Source of the DNA: Pseudomonadota bacterium
GTDB lineage: Bacteria > Pseudomonadota > Gammaproteobacteria > JAKAQQ01
DNA length: 64,000 nucleotides
Assembly: GCA_027320085.1 (NCBI GenBank)
Contig: DAHVLZ010000038.1
Span: forward strand, 64,001 to 128,000
Reading direction: 5' to 3'
In this document: positions 27,387 through 35,980 of the stretch, piece by piece
How the letters are laid out: every line of letters starts with the position of its first letter
How positions within the stretch are numbered: position 1 is the first letter of the stretch
Position numbers and translations under genes: made by a program
The notes under the pieces: generated by a model
The model's input: only the letters and a program-made list of their open reading frames with translations
What the model was told of the DNA's origin: nothing
The model's database searches: none

Positions 27387-28316
27387 ATGAGAGTGGGGAT
27401 CGTAACTGATGCGGCCTGTGACCTGCCGCCGAACTTTATCGGGCCAGGCCGTGTGGAAATCTTGCCGGTCAGCCTACATGTCGGAACGCAGATGTTCACG
27501 GATGTCCGGGACGAAGCCCAAACCCTGCGTTTCTACCGGATGTACCTGGGTTCCCATGAACACCGGGCAATTACCAAACCACTGCCACCCAAGGAGATTG
27601 CCGATCTTTTCCTGACCGATTGGGTGACGCGCTACGACCGGATCCTGGTTCTGACCGTGGCCTCCTCGCGTAGCGAGATTTACAAGAATACCAGTGAGGC
27701 CTCCTATACGGTTCTCCGGGAGTACAAGAAGATCCGGGCTGCGGCCGGTATCACGGAACCCTTCCTGATGCGTGTGTTCGATACACATACCTTGTTTACC
27801 GGGCAGGCCACCATGGTTTTTGAGGCGATGCGCCTGAGGGATGTGGGTCGTCAGGGTTTCGACGCCATCCGACGTCAGTTGGAGATTATCGAACCCAAAG
27901 TCAGGAGCTACCTGCTTCCCCAAGATGTCTACTATGTCCACAACCGGGCCCGGATGCGGGGTGAGGAAAGCGTGAGTTGGCTGACCTTTCAGGTCGGCAA
28001 CCTCCTCAATGTGAAGCCGGTGATCCAGATGGTGCGGGGAGAGACTGAAATTGTGGCCAAGGTCAGGAAATTTGAGGGAGGGCTTGAGTGGCTGTTCCAG
28101 AAGATCCGCGCCGATATCGTCCAGGGTCTTCCAGTCAAGATGGTTTCCATGAGCTACGGTGGAGATCTCGAGGAGATCAAGCGCGAGCCCCAGTACCAGG
28201 AGTTCGTGGCGTTTGCTCACCAGAACAAGGTCGCGACTTCCTTGGCCTTGATGAGTATTACGGCAGGAATTTATGTGGGCAGGGGAGGGTTCTCCGTCTC
28301 GTACGTGGCCCCGTAG
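27387..28316 (+). CDS. DegV family fatty-acid-binding protein
   Basis: MRVGIVTDAACDLP, DTHTLFTGQ, LLNVKPVI, GIYVGRG; GGAG RBS. Confidence 0.9.
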   Translation: MRVGIVTDAACDLPPNFIGPGRVEILPVSLHVGTQMFTDVRDEAQTLRFYRMYLGSHEHRAITKPLPPKEIADLFLTDWVTRYDRILVLTVASSRSEIYKNTSEASYTVLREYKKIRAAAGITEPFLMRVFDTHTLFTGQATMVFEAMRLRDVGRQGFDAIRRQLEIIEPKVRSYLLPQDVYYVHNRARMRGEESVSWLTFQVGNLLNVKPVIQMVRGETEIVAKVRKFEGGLEWLFQKIRADIVQGLPVKMVSMSYGGDLEEIKREPQYQEFVAFAHQNKVATSLALMSITAGIYVGRGGFSVSYVAP

Positions 28317-28385
28317 CTCATTTCGCCGAACTCCCATGGCGGGTGGGGTGATATGCCCTGGCTTTCACGGGAGCGGAGCCCGAGC

Positions 28386-29228
28386 TTACGGCAACAGGGT
28401 CCCGTGGAGTACAAGGGCGACCAGCCCGGCCAGCATGCAGTAAAGAGCGAAGGGTCGAAGCGCGGTCACCTCGCGTTTTCGAAAATAGCGCATGAGGAAC
28501 CAGCTGCTCAACCAGGCACAAGCCCCAGACAAGAGGCCCGCGACCAGGATGATGCCGAGCAGGGGGGTTGCGTCGGTATGGACGAGAAAGAGTTTGGGTA
28601 TTTCAAGGAGTCCTGCGGCCCCGATGATCGGGGTCGCGAGGAGAAAAGAGAAGCGGGCAGATGCTTCGTAGTTCAGTCCGGTTGCAAGCCCGGAGACCAG
28701 GGTGGCACCCGAGCGGGAGATGCCGGGGATCAGCGCCGTCGCCTGCGCCAAACCGATCAAAAGGGCCTGTTTCAGAGTGAGCTCGTCCAATTCTTGCCTG
28801 GCCGTCCGGCTTTTCAGCCGATCCCCCACCCAGAGGGCCAAGCCGTTGATGGTAAGAAAAATAGCCGCGACCGTAAAACCGGCAAACAGGCTGCGGACCC
28901 ATCTCTCCAGTGCTAAACCCAGGAGGCCGGCCGGAACCGTTCCGATGACGAGACGCCAAAACAACCGGGTTTCCGGCTCGAATGGCCGGCCCCGAGTCCG
29001 GATCAGGCTTTTCAGGATGCTCCACCAGTCTCTCCAGAAATAAAGCAGAAGTGCTGTTGCGGTACCCACATGGAGGACGACGATGAACGGGAGAAACCAC
29101 GGGGCAGCCCGGTTGATCTGGAGATGGAGCAGGGCGGGAACCAGGATGCTGTGTCCCAGACTGGATACCGGGAACAGCTCGGTCAAGCCTTGAAGAATGG
29201 CGAGGAGATATAACGGGCTTAACATCAT
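28386..29228 (-). CDS. uppP: Undecaprenyl-diphosphate phosphatase
   Basis: LQGLTELFPVSSLGH, LHVGT, ALIPGISRSGAT, ARFSFLLATP. Confidence 0.95.
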   Translation of the reverse strand: MMLSPLYLLAILQGLTELFPVSSLGHSILVPALLHLQINRAAPWFLPFIVVLHVGTATALLLYFWRDWWSILKSLIRTRGRPFEPETRLFWRLVIGTVPAGLLGLALERWVRSLFAGFTVAAIFLTINGLALWVGDRLKSRTARQELDELTLKQALLIGLAQATALIPGISRSGATLVSGLATGLNYEASARFSFLLATPIIGAAGLLEIPKLFLVHTDATPLLGIILVAGLLSGACAWLSSWFLMRYFRKREVTALRPFALYCMLAGLVALVLHGTLLP

Positions 29229-30784
29229 TTGTCTGGCGGGTCGCTGTCCAACTCGAACCGGATTCCCTGAGCTAATGGCAGTTCCCGGCTCCAGTTGATG
29301 GTGTTGGTCTGGCGTCGCATGTAGTTTTTCCAGGCATCTGAACCGGCTTCCCGGCCACCTCCCGTTTCCTTCTCTCCACCGAAGGCACCCCCGATTTCGG
29401 CACCCGAAGTCCCGATGTTGATATTCGCGATCCCGCAGTCACTGCCTTGCGCCGAAAGAAACAGCTCCGCACGGCGGAGGTTCGTCGTGAACAGAGCCGA
29501 CGACAGTCCCTGGGGAACGGCATTGTGGAGACGGATGGCCTCCTCAAAGCGGCGAAACGTCAGCACGTAGAGAATGGGTGCGAAAGTTTCATGTTGGACC
29601 AGGGGCCACTCGGGCGACGCCCGCACCAGGGTGGGTTCAACAAAATGTCCAGGGCCTTCGATTCGCCTGCCTCCAAACAAAATGGCCGCACCCAGACGTT
29701 CCAGTTCCCGGATCGCTTCGAGATACCGATCTACGGCCAGCCCATCGATCAGGGGGCCCATCAAGGTGGCGGAGTCCAGCGGATTGCCGATTCGCACCTG
29801 GCGATACGCCGCAACCAGTCGATCGAGCAGGGGGGGGGCGATCTCTTCTGAGACGATCAGACGCCGCGTGGTCGTACAACGTTGTCCGGCTGTGCCGACC
29901 GCCCCAAAAACGATTGAGGGTACCGCGAGGTCGAGGTCAGCCGTTTCATCCACCACCACGGCATTGTTTCCGCCAAGCTCGAGCAGCGTCCGTTCCAGTC
30001 GGGCAGCGCGGATTTCGGAAACTTTTCGGCCGACGGCCGTGGAACCGGTGAAGGACAAAAGTCCGAGTCGCGCGTCTTTGTAAAACGATTCAGCCAGTCG
30101 GTTGTCGTGATCGATGATCAGGCTGGAAAATTGGGGAAATTGGTTCTGCGCCAAGACCTCACTCACGATCTTCTGCACGGCTATCGCCGAAAGCATGGCT
30201 TTGGGGGAGGGCTTCCAGATCACCGTATTGCCGCAGATGGCCGCGAGAAATGTGTTCCAAGAGTAGACCGCAACCGGGAAATTGAATGCGGTGACGATCC
30301 CCACGATGCCCAGGGGGTGCCACTGCTCCTGCATGCGGTGTTGTGGCCGTTCGGAGGCCATGGTTCTGCCGTACAGCATGCGCGACTGCCCGAGTGCGAA
30401 GTCGGCCATGTCAATCATTTCCTGGACTTCGCCGTTCCCTTCTGCCTTGATCTTGCCGACCTCGATGCTGATCAGGCTGCCCAGCGCTTCCTTGTGGGTG
30501 CGCAGGGCCTCTCCGATCAGGCGGATCGCCTCTCCTCGGCGGGGGGGCGGGATGGATCGCCAGGCTTCCCCCGTGGCCTGACTTTCTTCCAGCACACGTT
30601 CATAGTCCCCGGGATCAGTGGGTCGAACCCGTGCAATGATCCCGCTGGTGGAAGGATTGTGGACCGGCAGGGTCGTGGAAGCCGAGCCGGGCAACCATCC
30701 GCTTCTGCTTGCGAAGGTGCCGGCCAGCGACGGTTCCGAGGAAAGATGAAGCTCGGAGAAAACCTGTTGGATGAGTCGGTCCAT
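29225..30784 (-). CDS. Aldehyde dehydrogenase family 7 (piperideine-6-carboxylate / alpha-aminoadipic semialdehyde dehydrogenase)
   Basis: GEVQEMID, TAFNFPVAV, SFTGST, LELGGNN, GTAGQRCTT, ETFAP, GTSGAEIGGAFGGEKETGGGRE. Confidence 0.92.
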   Translation of the reverse strand: MDRLIQQVFSELHLSSEPSLAGTFASRSGWLPGSASTTLPVHNPSTSGIIARVRPTDPGDYERVLEESQATGEAWRSIPPPRRGEAIRLIGEALRTHKEALGSLISIEVGKIKAEGNGEVQEMIDMADFALGQSRMLYGRTMASERPQHRMQEQWHPLGIVGIVTAFNFPVAVYSWNTFLAAICGNTVIWKPSPKAMLSAIAVQKIVSEVLAQNQFPQFSSLIIDHDNRLAESFYKDARLGLLSFTGSTAVGRKVSEIRAARLERTLLELGGNNAVVVDETADLDLAVPSIVFGAVGTAGQRCTTTRRLIVSEEIAPPLLDRLVAAYRQVRIGNPLDSATLMGPLIDGLAVDRYLEAIRELERLGAAILFGGRRIEGPGHFVEPTLVRASPEWPLVQHETFAPILYVLTFRRFEEAIRLHNAVPQGLSSALFTTNLRRAELFLSAQGSDCGIANINIGTSGAEIGGAFGGEKETGGGREAGSDAWKNYMRRQTNTINWSRELPLAQGIRFELDSDPPDK

Positions 30785-30814
30785 AAAGGTTCCTTATGGC
30801 TAGGGCAAAGGGTT

Positions 30815-31924
30815 TCAGCCGTGCAGGCTGGATTTCCGGTCCTGGCGGTAGTAGGCACCAAACCGGTTGTTCAAGAACTCTTTCAATGAAAAATGTTCCT
30901 GCAAGATCAGCCCACGGCAGTTTGAGGCAAAAACCAGGTCGATGACAGCGCAAATCCCGGCCGCGGTCGTGATCTGGATCGCGGACCAGAGCTGTTCGCC
31001 CACGCGATCCGGATAGACTGAATTCACATAGGTTTCCTCGTAGAAGGCACGTCCACGGTAGCCGGTGACATTGACGTAAATGAGAACCACGTCCTGCTCG
31101 GTTCTCGGGATGGCTTTTTCGAGAATCGATTTCAGCGTCGCCCGGTCCCGGTTCAGTCCGAGATCGTTCATGAGAAACCGGACCAGTTCGCAGTGTCCTG
31201 GGTAACGGATCGTTTTGTAGGTCAGCGCATTGATCTTGCCCCGGTAAGTCTGGGACAGGGATCCCAGTCCGCCTGAGGTATTGAACGCCTCATAGCGCCG
31301 CCCCTCAAGTTCGATACTCTCGAGACCTTCCAACGGAAGCAAATCGCTATCCCGTCCATCCAGAATTCCGCGGCAACTGTTTCCGTATTCGTTGATCAGT
31401 CCATCAGAGGACCAGGTCAGGGCATATTTCAGTGAATTGGATGGAAATTGGGGGAGAGCGCCCACCCGGAGCTTGGCTTCTTCGAGCCGGTCAAAGCGAG
31501 TCATGAGGTCATTGGCTACGATGCTGATGAAACCCGGGGCCAGCCCACACTGCGGCACGAAGGCCGAGCTTGCTCCCTGACTGATTTCCGTCACGGCATC
31601 GGTTACGGAAACATCCTCGGTCAGATCGAAATAGTGACAATTGAGCTGACGGGCCACTCGGGCGACATTGACATTACAGTAAAAGGGAAGGCTCGAAACC
31701 AAGGCGTCGACCTTGAGTCGGGCGGCCGTTTCAGCCAGCGGCTTGGCCTCAGAGGCATCCAGAACCAACGGATGGATGGCCGATCCCGGGAAAGTGGCCG
31801 CGACACGGTGGACGGCTTGTTCATCCTGGTCGGCAAGGTGGACTTGATAGTCACCGGTGCGAGCCAAGAGCCCACCGAGTAGCGTTCCGATTTTTCCTGC
31901 TCCTAAAACGAGTACGTTTTTCAT
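30815..31924 (-). CDS. Saccharopine dehydrogenase-like / lysine 6-dehydrogenase
   Basis: MKNVLVLGAGKIG, YFDLTEDV, PQCGLAPG, RVGALP, TWSSDGLINEY, EAFNTSGG, YKTIRYPGH; ORF-track extension to 32293 judged spurious. Confidence 0.9.
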   Translation of the reverse strand: MKNVLVLGAGKIGTLLGGLLARTGDYQVHLADQDEQAVHRVAATFPGSAIHPLVLDASEAKPLAETAARLKVDALVSSLPFYCNVNVARVARQLNCHYFDLTEDVSVTDAVTEISQGASSAFVPQCGLAPGFISIVANDLMTRFDRLEEAKLRVGALPQFPSNSLKYALTWSSDGLINEYGNSCRGILDGRDSDLLPLEGLESIELEGRRYEAFNTSGGLGSLSQTYRGKINALTYKTIRYPGHCELVRFLMNDLGLNRDRATLKSILEKAIPRTEQDVVLIYVNVTGYRGRAFYEETYVNSVYPDRVGEQLWSAIQITTAAGICAVIDLVFASNCRGLILQEHFSLKEFLNNRFGAYYRQDRKSSLHG

Positions 31925-32187
31925 GATTTCAACCCCAACGTGGCTGCCGACAGACCTCCGCCCCGGCCATGTCGGCCAATTTAGAATCCTGGTCAGGAAT
32001 CCGGCTTCCGGGTCTCGCCCGAACGCCGTGGCACGCTTGTAATTTTGCCAGCCTTTATCTACGATTCCAAGCACCCGCCGAAAAATGAGGGCCAGACGAT
32101 CCGCGATGGGCGGACGTGGTCGGGTCAGCAGGTGCTGCTCAGGCCACCTCACCTCCACCTTTGATTCGAGAGATCGGGGAGAAAACC

Positions 32188-32577
32188 ATGAAAACTGAGG
32201 TTTTGATGCTGGGTTTGTCGGTCTTGCTGGGATTGCTACAAATCTTGATTCCCACGCTGGGCCCCGTTTCTGATCGTGGATTGCGCTGGGCAATGGGTCC
32301 GAGAGACGCCATCTATCCTCCGATGGCGGGGATTTGGGGTCGCCTGGACCGCGCTTTGCGCAACTTTCTTGAAACCTTCCCGCTTTTTGTGGCCAGCCTG
32401 CTTGCCGTGATTGTTACCGGGAGAAGCAATGCATTGACGGTTCTTGGCGCGGAGCTTTATTTCTGGGCTCGATTGGTTTACGTGCCGACCTATGCCTTGG
32501 GGATCCCGATTTTACGGACCTTGATCTGGATGGTCTCGGTGGTCGGAATTCTGTTCCTGGTCGCGGCCCTCTTTTAG
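32188..32577 (+). CDS. MAPEG family membrane protein
   Basis: WAMGPRD, RLDRALRNFLETFPLF, YFWARLVYVPTYALGIPILRT; GGGGAG RBS. Confidence 0.88.
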   Translation: MKTEVLMLGLSVLLGLLQILIPTLGPVSDRGLRWAMGPRDAIYPPMAGIWGRLDRALRNFLETFPLFVASLLAVIVTGRSNALTVLGAELYFWARLVYVPTYALGIPILRTLIWMVSVVGILFLVAALF

Positions 32578-32620
32578 TCGGAAGATTTCCGTAAAACTTC
32601 GGGAAGGGCCGTCTGGCCTG

Positions 32621-32663
32621 TTGTTTTTTGTCCAGTTCAGGATTAGACTAGACCGTCTAGTCT
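32621..32663 (+). promoter_or_regulatory. Promoter with overlapping TetR-type operator
   Basis: TTGTTT(32621)-17 bp-TAGACT(32644), overlapped by the perfect inverted repeat AGACTAGAC-C-GTCTAGTCT (32645-32663). Confidence 0.7.
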
Positions 32664-32686
32664 TGTCCAGCGATCGAATCGTTTGA

Positions 32687-33352
32687 GTGCTCATGATTTG
32701 TCCTTCAGTCAATACGGAGTGCAGCAAGAGGTCCACCCCGCATGAACGCGAGGCCCTGATCTTGGGGGCTGCGCGGCACGTCTTTCTTGAGCAGGGCTTC
32801 GGTAACGCCACCATGGATGCCATTGCAATCGCTGCGGGTGTCTCGAAACAAACGGTTTACAACCACTTCGGTTCAAAGGAAGAACTCTTTGCAGCCATGG
32901 TGAGATCCGGTTGCCAGGAACTACTCGATGTACTGCGAGTCGGTGCCGGCTCCGAAGATCCTGAGCAGGTCCTGCGGAGCATGGGAAGGCGATTTCTGGA
33001 GATGGCTCTGCAGCCGGAGAAACTGGCGCTGCGACGAGTCTTGCTGGCCGAAATTGCCCAGTTCCCGGAGTTGGGCCGGATCTATTACCGTTCCGGACCG
33101 GCTTTTTTTCGTGGACTTCTCGCGGAGTATCTGGCTAAGCAGGACCGGAATGGTTTGCTCCTCGTAGAGGATCCCTCACTGTTGGCCGATCAGTTCGTGG
33201 GCATGCTCGCCTCTTGTCTCATGAAAGCGGAACTCGGCATCAAGCCCGAAATGGGCCCGGACGAACGCGAGCGGTATATCGTCCATGCGGTGAAGCTTTT
33301 GATGCGGGCCACGCGTCCGGATACGGATTCCGGTTCCAGAAAAGGGGGCTGA
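32687..33352 (+). CDS. TetR/AcrR family transcriptional regulator
   Basis: ILGAARHVFLEQGFGNATMDAIAIAAGVSKQTVYNHFGSKEELF HTH; FPELG..Y..G C-terminal motif; start 32687 or 32693. Confidence 0.95.
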   Translation: MLMICPSVNTECSKRSTPHEREALILGAARHVFLEQGFGNATMDAIAIAAGVSKQTVYNHFGSKEELFAAMVRSGCQELLDVLRVGAGSEDPEQVLRSMGRRFLEMALQPEKLALRRVLLAEIAQFPELGRIYYRSGPAFFRGLLAEYLAKQDRNGLLLVEDPSLLADQFVGMLASCLMKAELGIKPEMGPDERERYIVHAVKLLMRATRPDTDSGSRKGG

Positions 33353-33356
33353 CCGG

Positions 33357-34865
33357 ATGAGGCGCGCCCGCACCTGCGGACGAATTCTGGGAGTCGGCGG
33401 ACTCTTGTTCCTGTCGGGCTGCACAATCGGGCCTCGATTCCACCGACCGTCTCCGCCTCCCGTGAACCGGTATACCGCATCGAAGAGACTCTCCGGAAGC
33501 CGTCGCTACCCCGGAGTGACCCCTCAGACCTTTGTCCGAGGGAAAATGGTTGGATCCCGCTGGTGGCGGCAGTTCAAAAACGCCCAGTTGAACGCCTGGG
33601 TCCGGGAGGCCTTGGTCCACAACCCCGGACTGCATTCCGCCACGGCCATCCTGATGGAAGCGCATTATGCCCTGCGGGCTGATCAGGGAATTTTCTTTCC
33701 CCAGGTTTCGCTGGGGCTCAGCGGAGAACGGAACCGCGGCTCGGGTGCCACATCCGGTGGGGTTTTCAGCCCTCCGCTGTTCAACCTGTACAACGGCGGA
33801 GTATCCGTGAGTTATTACCCGGATATCTTCGGACTCAACCGTCTCCTGACCAACCAGGCCCGGGCCCAGGAAGACGTCGCGCAGGATGAACTGGATGCGG
33901 CCCGGCTCACACTCGAAGGAGACGTCCTCGACACCGTTTTCAACTGGGTTGCCGTGAACCAGGAAATCCAAGCGCAGGAGAGGAGTATCTCGGATCAGCG
34001 CCAACTTTTATCCCTGGTCGAAAAAAGCTATCGGCTGGGTGCCGATTCCCTACTGGATGTCGAGAACCAAAAAAGCACCTTGGCGACCGCTGAGGCGGCG
34101 CTTCCGCCACTGGAAACGGACCTGGCCGACGAGTCCCATCTCCTGGCCATTTATCTCGGCCGTTTCCCCGCCCAGCTCACGCACCTTCCGGAAAGCGGGT
34201 TCCGTGGAATCCACCTTCCCCGACACCTGCCCCTTGTGCTGCCGTCCCGGTTGATCCTGACTCGTCCTGACATCCGTGCCGCAGAGGCCCAGATGGTGGC
34301 GGCCAACGCACAAGTGGGTCAAGCAGTGGCCCGGATGTATCCACTCATCGAGCTGACCGGAAGTGCCGGTGTGGAGAGTAATCACTGGGCCGACCTTTTC
34401 CTGTCGGCCAGCCGGATCTGGAACATTGCCGCTGATCTCACGCTCCCCATCTTTGACGGTGGGACCCTGGTCGCCGAGAAGGAGGAAGCTGAGGCCTCCT
34501 ACCGTTCCATTTTTGCCAACTATCAATCAACCGTCCTTGATGCCTTTGGGCAGGTGGCGAATGTCTTGCGTGCACTCGAGCAGGATTCCACCACATATGG
34601 GGCCGATCGCCGTGCCCTCAAGGCGGCCCGGCGGGCATTTGCGCTGGTTCACGTGGAATATGTTGCGGGTGCGGTGGATTACCTCAGTGTCCTGACCACG
34701 GAAACCCAGCTCGAGCAGGCGCGGATTGCTGAAATCCGTGCCCATCTCCAGCGTTATACCGATACAGTTGCGTTATACGTCGCCTTGGGCGGCGGTCGTT
34801 TCCCTGCGGGCCGGCATCACACTACTTCTTCCGTCCACCAACCCGTTCCAAGAGATACGCCATGA
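33357..34865 (+). CDS. RND efflux outer-membrane lipoprotein (NodT/OprM family)
   Basis: Lipobox FLSGC, WWRQF, RPDIRAAEAQ, PIFDGG, LYVALGGG. Confidence 0.93.
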   Translation: MRRARTCGRILGVGGLLFLSGCTIGPRFHRPSPPPVNRYTASKRLSGSRRYPGVTPQTFVRGKMVGSRWWRQFKNAQLNAWVREALVHNPGLHSATAILMEAHYALRADQGIFFPQVSLGLSGERNRGSGATSGGVFSPPLFNLYNGGVSVSYYPDIFGLNRLLTNQARAQEDVAQDELDAARLTLEGDVLDTVFNWVAVNQEIQAQERSISDQRQLLSLVEKSYRLGADSLLDVENQKSTLATAEAALPPLETDLADESHLLAIYLGRFPAQLTHLPESGFRGIHLPRHLPLVLPSRLILTRPDIRAAEAQMVAANAQVGQAVARMYPLIELTGSAGVESNHWADLFLSASRIWNIAADLTLPIFDGGTLVAEKEEAEASYRSIFANYQSTVLDAFGQVANVLRALEQDSTTYGADRRALKAARRAFALVHVEYVAGAVDYLSVLTTETQLEQARIAEIRAHLQRYTDTVALYVALGGGRFPAGRHHTTSSVHQPVPRDTP

Positions 34866-35968
34866 TCAAGTCAAGAAAAGGGATTCTCGTGCGCACCGGG
34901 ATCGCGGTCCTGGTTGCTTTGGTTCTGCTTTTCGGGATCAAGTTCTGGCTTGGCTATGAGCAATTCCAGGCCATGGCCCGGCGTGGCCCCATGCGGGTCA
35001 GTGTTTCTGTATCCCCGGTTCGCTCGATGCCCTGGCAGGCGGAATTTCATGCCGTCGCCAATATCAGCGCAGTTTCCGGGGTTGAACTCACCCCTCAGCT
35101 TGCCGGGGAGATTACGGCGATTGATTTTCATTCGGGAGAATACGTGCACCGGGGCCAGTTGCTGCTCGAAATCGACAATTCGAACCAGCGGGCGCAACTG
35201 GCCAGTGACCGGGCGGCCCTCGAGCTGGCGGAAGTGAATTATCGACGGGATCGGCGACTGTATGCCGCCAAGGCAGCCAGCCATTCGGTTCTGGATACCG
35301 CGATTGCCAACCGGAATAGTGCTCGGGCAGCCGTGGCCAATGACGAGGCCACCTTGCGAAAGCTGGCGTTCCGGGCCCCGTTCTCTGGCTGGATCGGTGT
35401 CCGCGATGTCAGCGTGGGCCAGTATCTGACGCCCGGGACATCGATCGCGGCGCTCAACGCCTGGAATCCGCTGCGGGTTCAGTTTACGGTTCCCCAAAAC
35501 CGGATGCCGCTGCTGCATCCGGGCCAAACCGTCCGGCTGAGCGTGGATGCGTATCCCGATCGGATTTTCCAGGCCCGGGTCATCGCCTTGAGTTCCCGGG
35601 TCAATCCCGCCACCCGCAATGTCACGGTGGATGCCAATCTGCCGAACGCCCACGATTGGTTGCGCCCCGGCATGTTTGGGGAAGTCACGATCCGCCTGGG
35701 GAAATCCCGGATGTTGCTCGTGGTTCCACGCGAGGCCATCACATACAGTACCTTCGGGGACTATGTCTACGTCATCCACACGCACAAAATGCCGGGGGGT
35801 CATGAATTGCCGGTCGCCATTGCAACTTCGGTCCGGGTCGGGGTGACCCGAGGAACCTGGACACCGATCATGAGCGGCCTCAAGCTGGGCGAGCAGGTTG
35901 TCGTGGCGGGTCAAGTCAAGCTGAGAAGCGGCATGCCGGTCGTCCTCCATCCGGCGGCGGCGCACTGA
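34862..35968 (+). CDS. RND efflux periplasmic adaptor (membrane fusion protein)
   Basis: N-terminal TM, lipoyl half-motifs (GEYVHRGQLL, RAPFSGWIG), LRPGMF, GLKLGEQVVVAGQ. Confidence 0.93.
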   Translation: MIKSRKGILVRTGIAVLVALVLLFGIKFWLGYEQFQAMARRGPMRVSVSVSPVRSMPWQAEFHAVANISAVSGVELTPQLAGEITAIDFHSGEYVHRGQLLLEIDNSNQRAQLASDRAALELAEVNYRRDRRLYAAKAASHSVLDTAIANRNSARAAVANDEATLRKLAFRAPFSGWIGVRDVSVGQYLTPGTSIAALNAWNPLRVQFTVPQNRMPLLHPGQTVRLSVDAYPDRIFQARVIALSSRVNPATRNVTVDANLPNAHDWLRPGMFGEVTIRLGKSRMLLVVPREAITYSTFGDYVYVIHTHKMPGGHELPVAIATSVRVGVTRGTWTPIMSGLKLGEQVVVAGQVKLRSGMPVVLHPAAAH

Positions 35969-35980
35969 CCGGAGAGCACT

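Noticed and set aside
31925-32293. 123-aa N-terminal extension of the saccharopine dehydrogenase ORF, and a possible lysine riboswitch
   Set aside because: The extension overlaps the divergent MAPEG gene and homology starts at MKNVLVLGAG; I could not see L-box consensus elements
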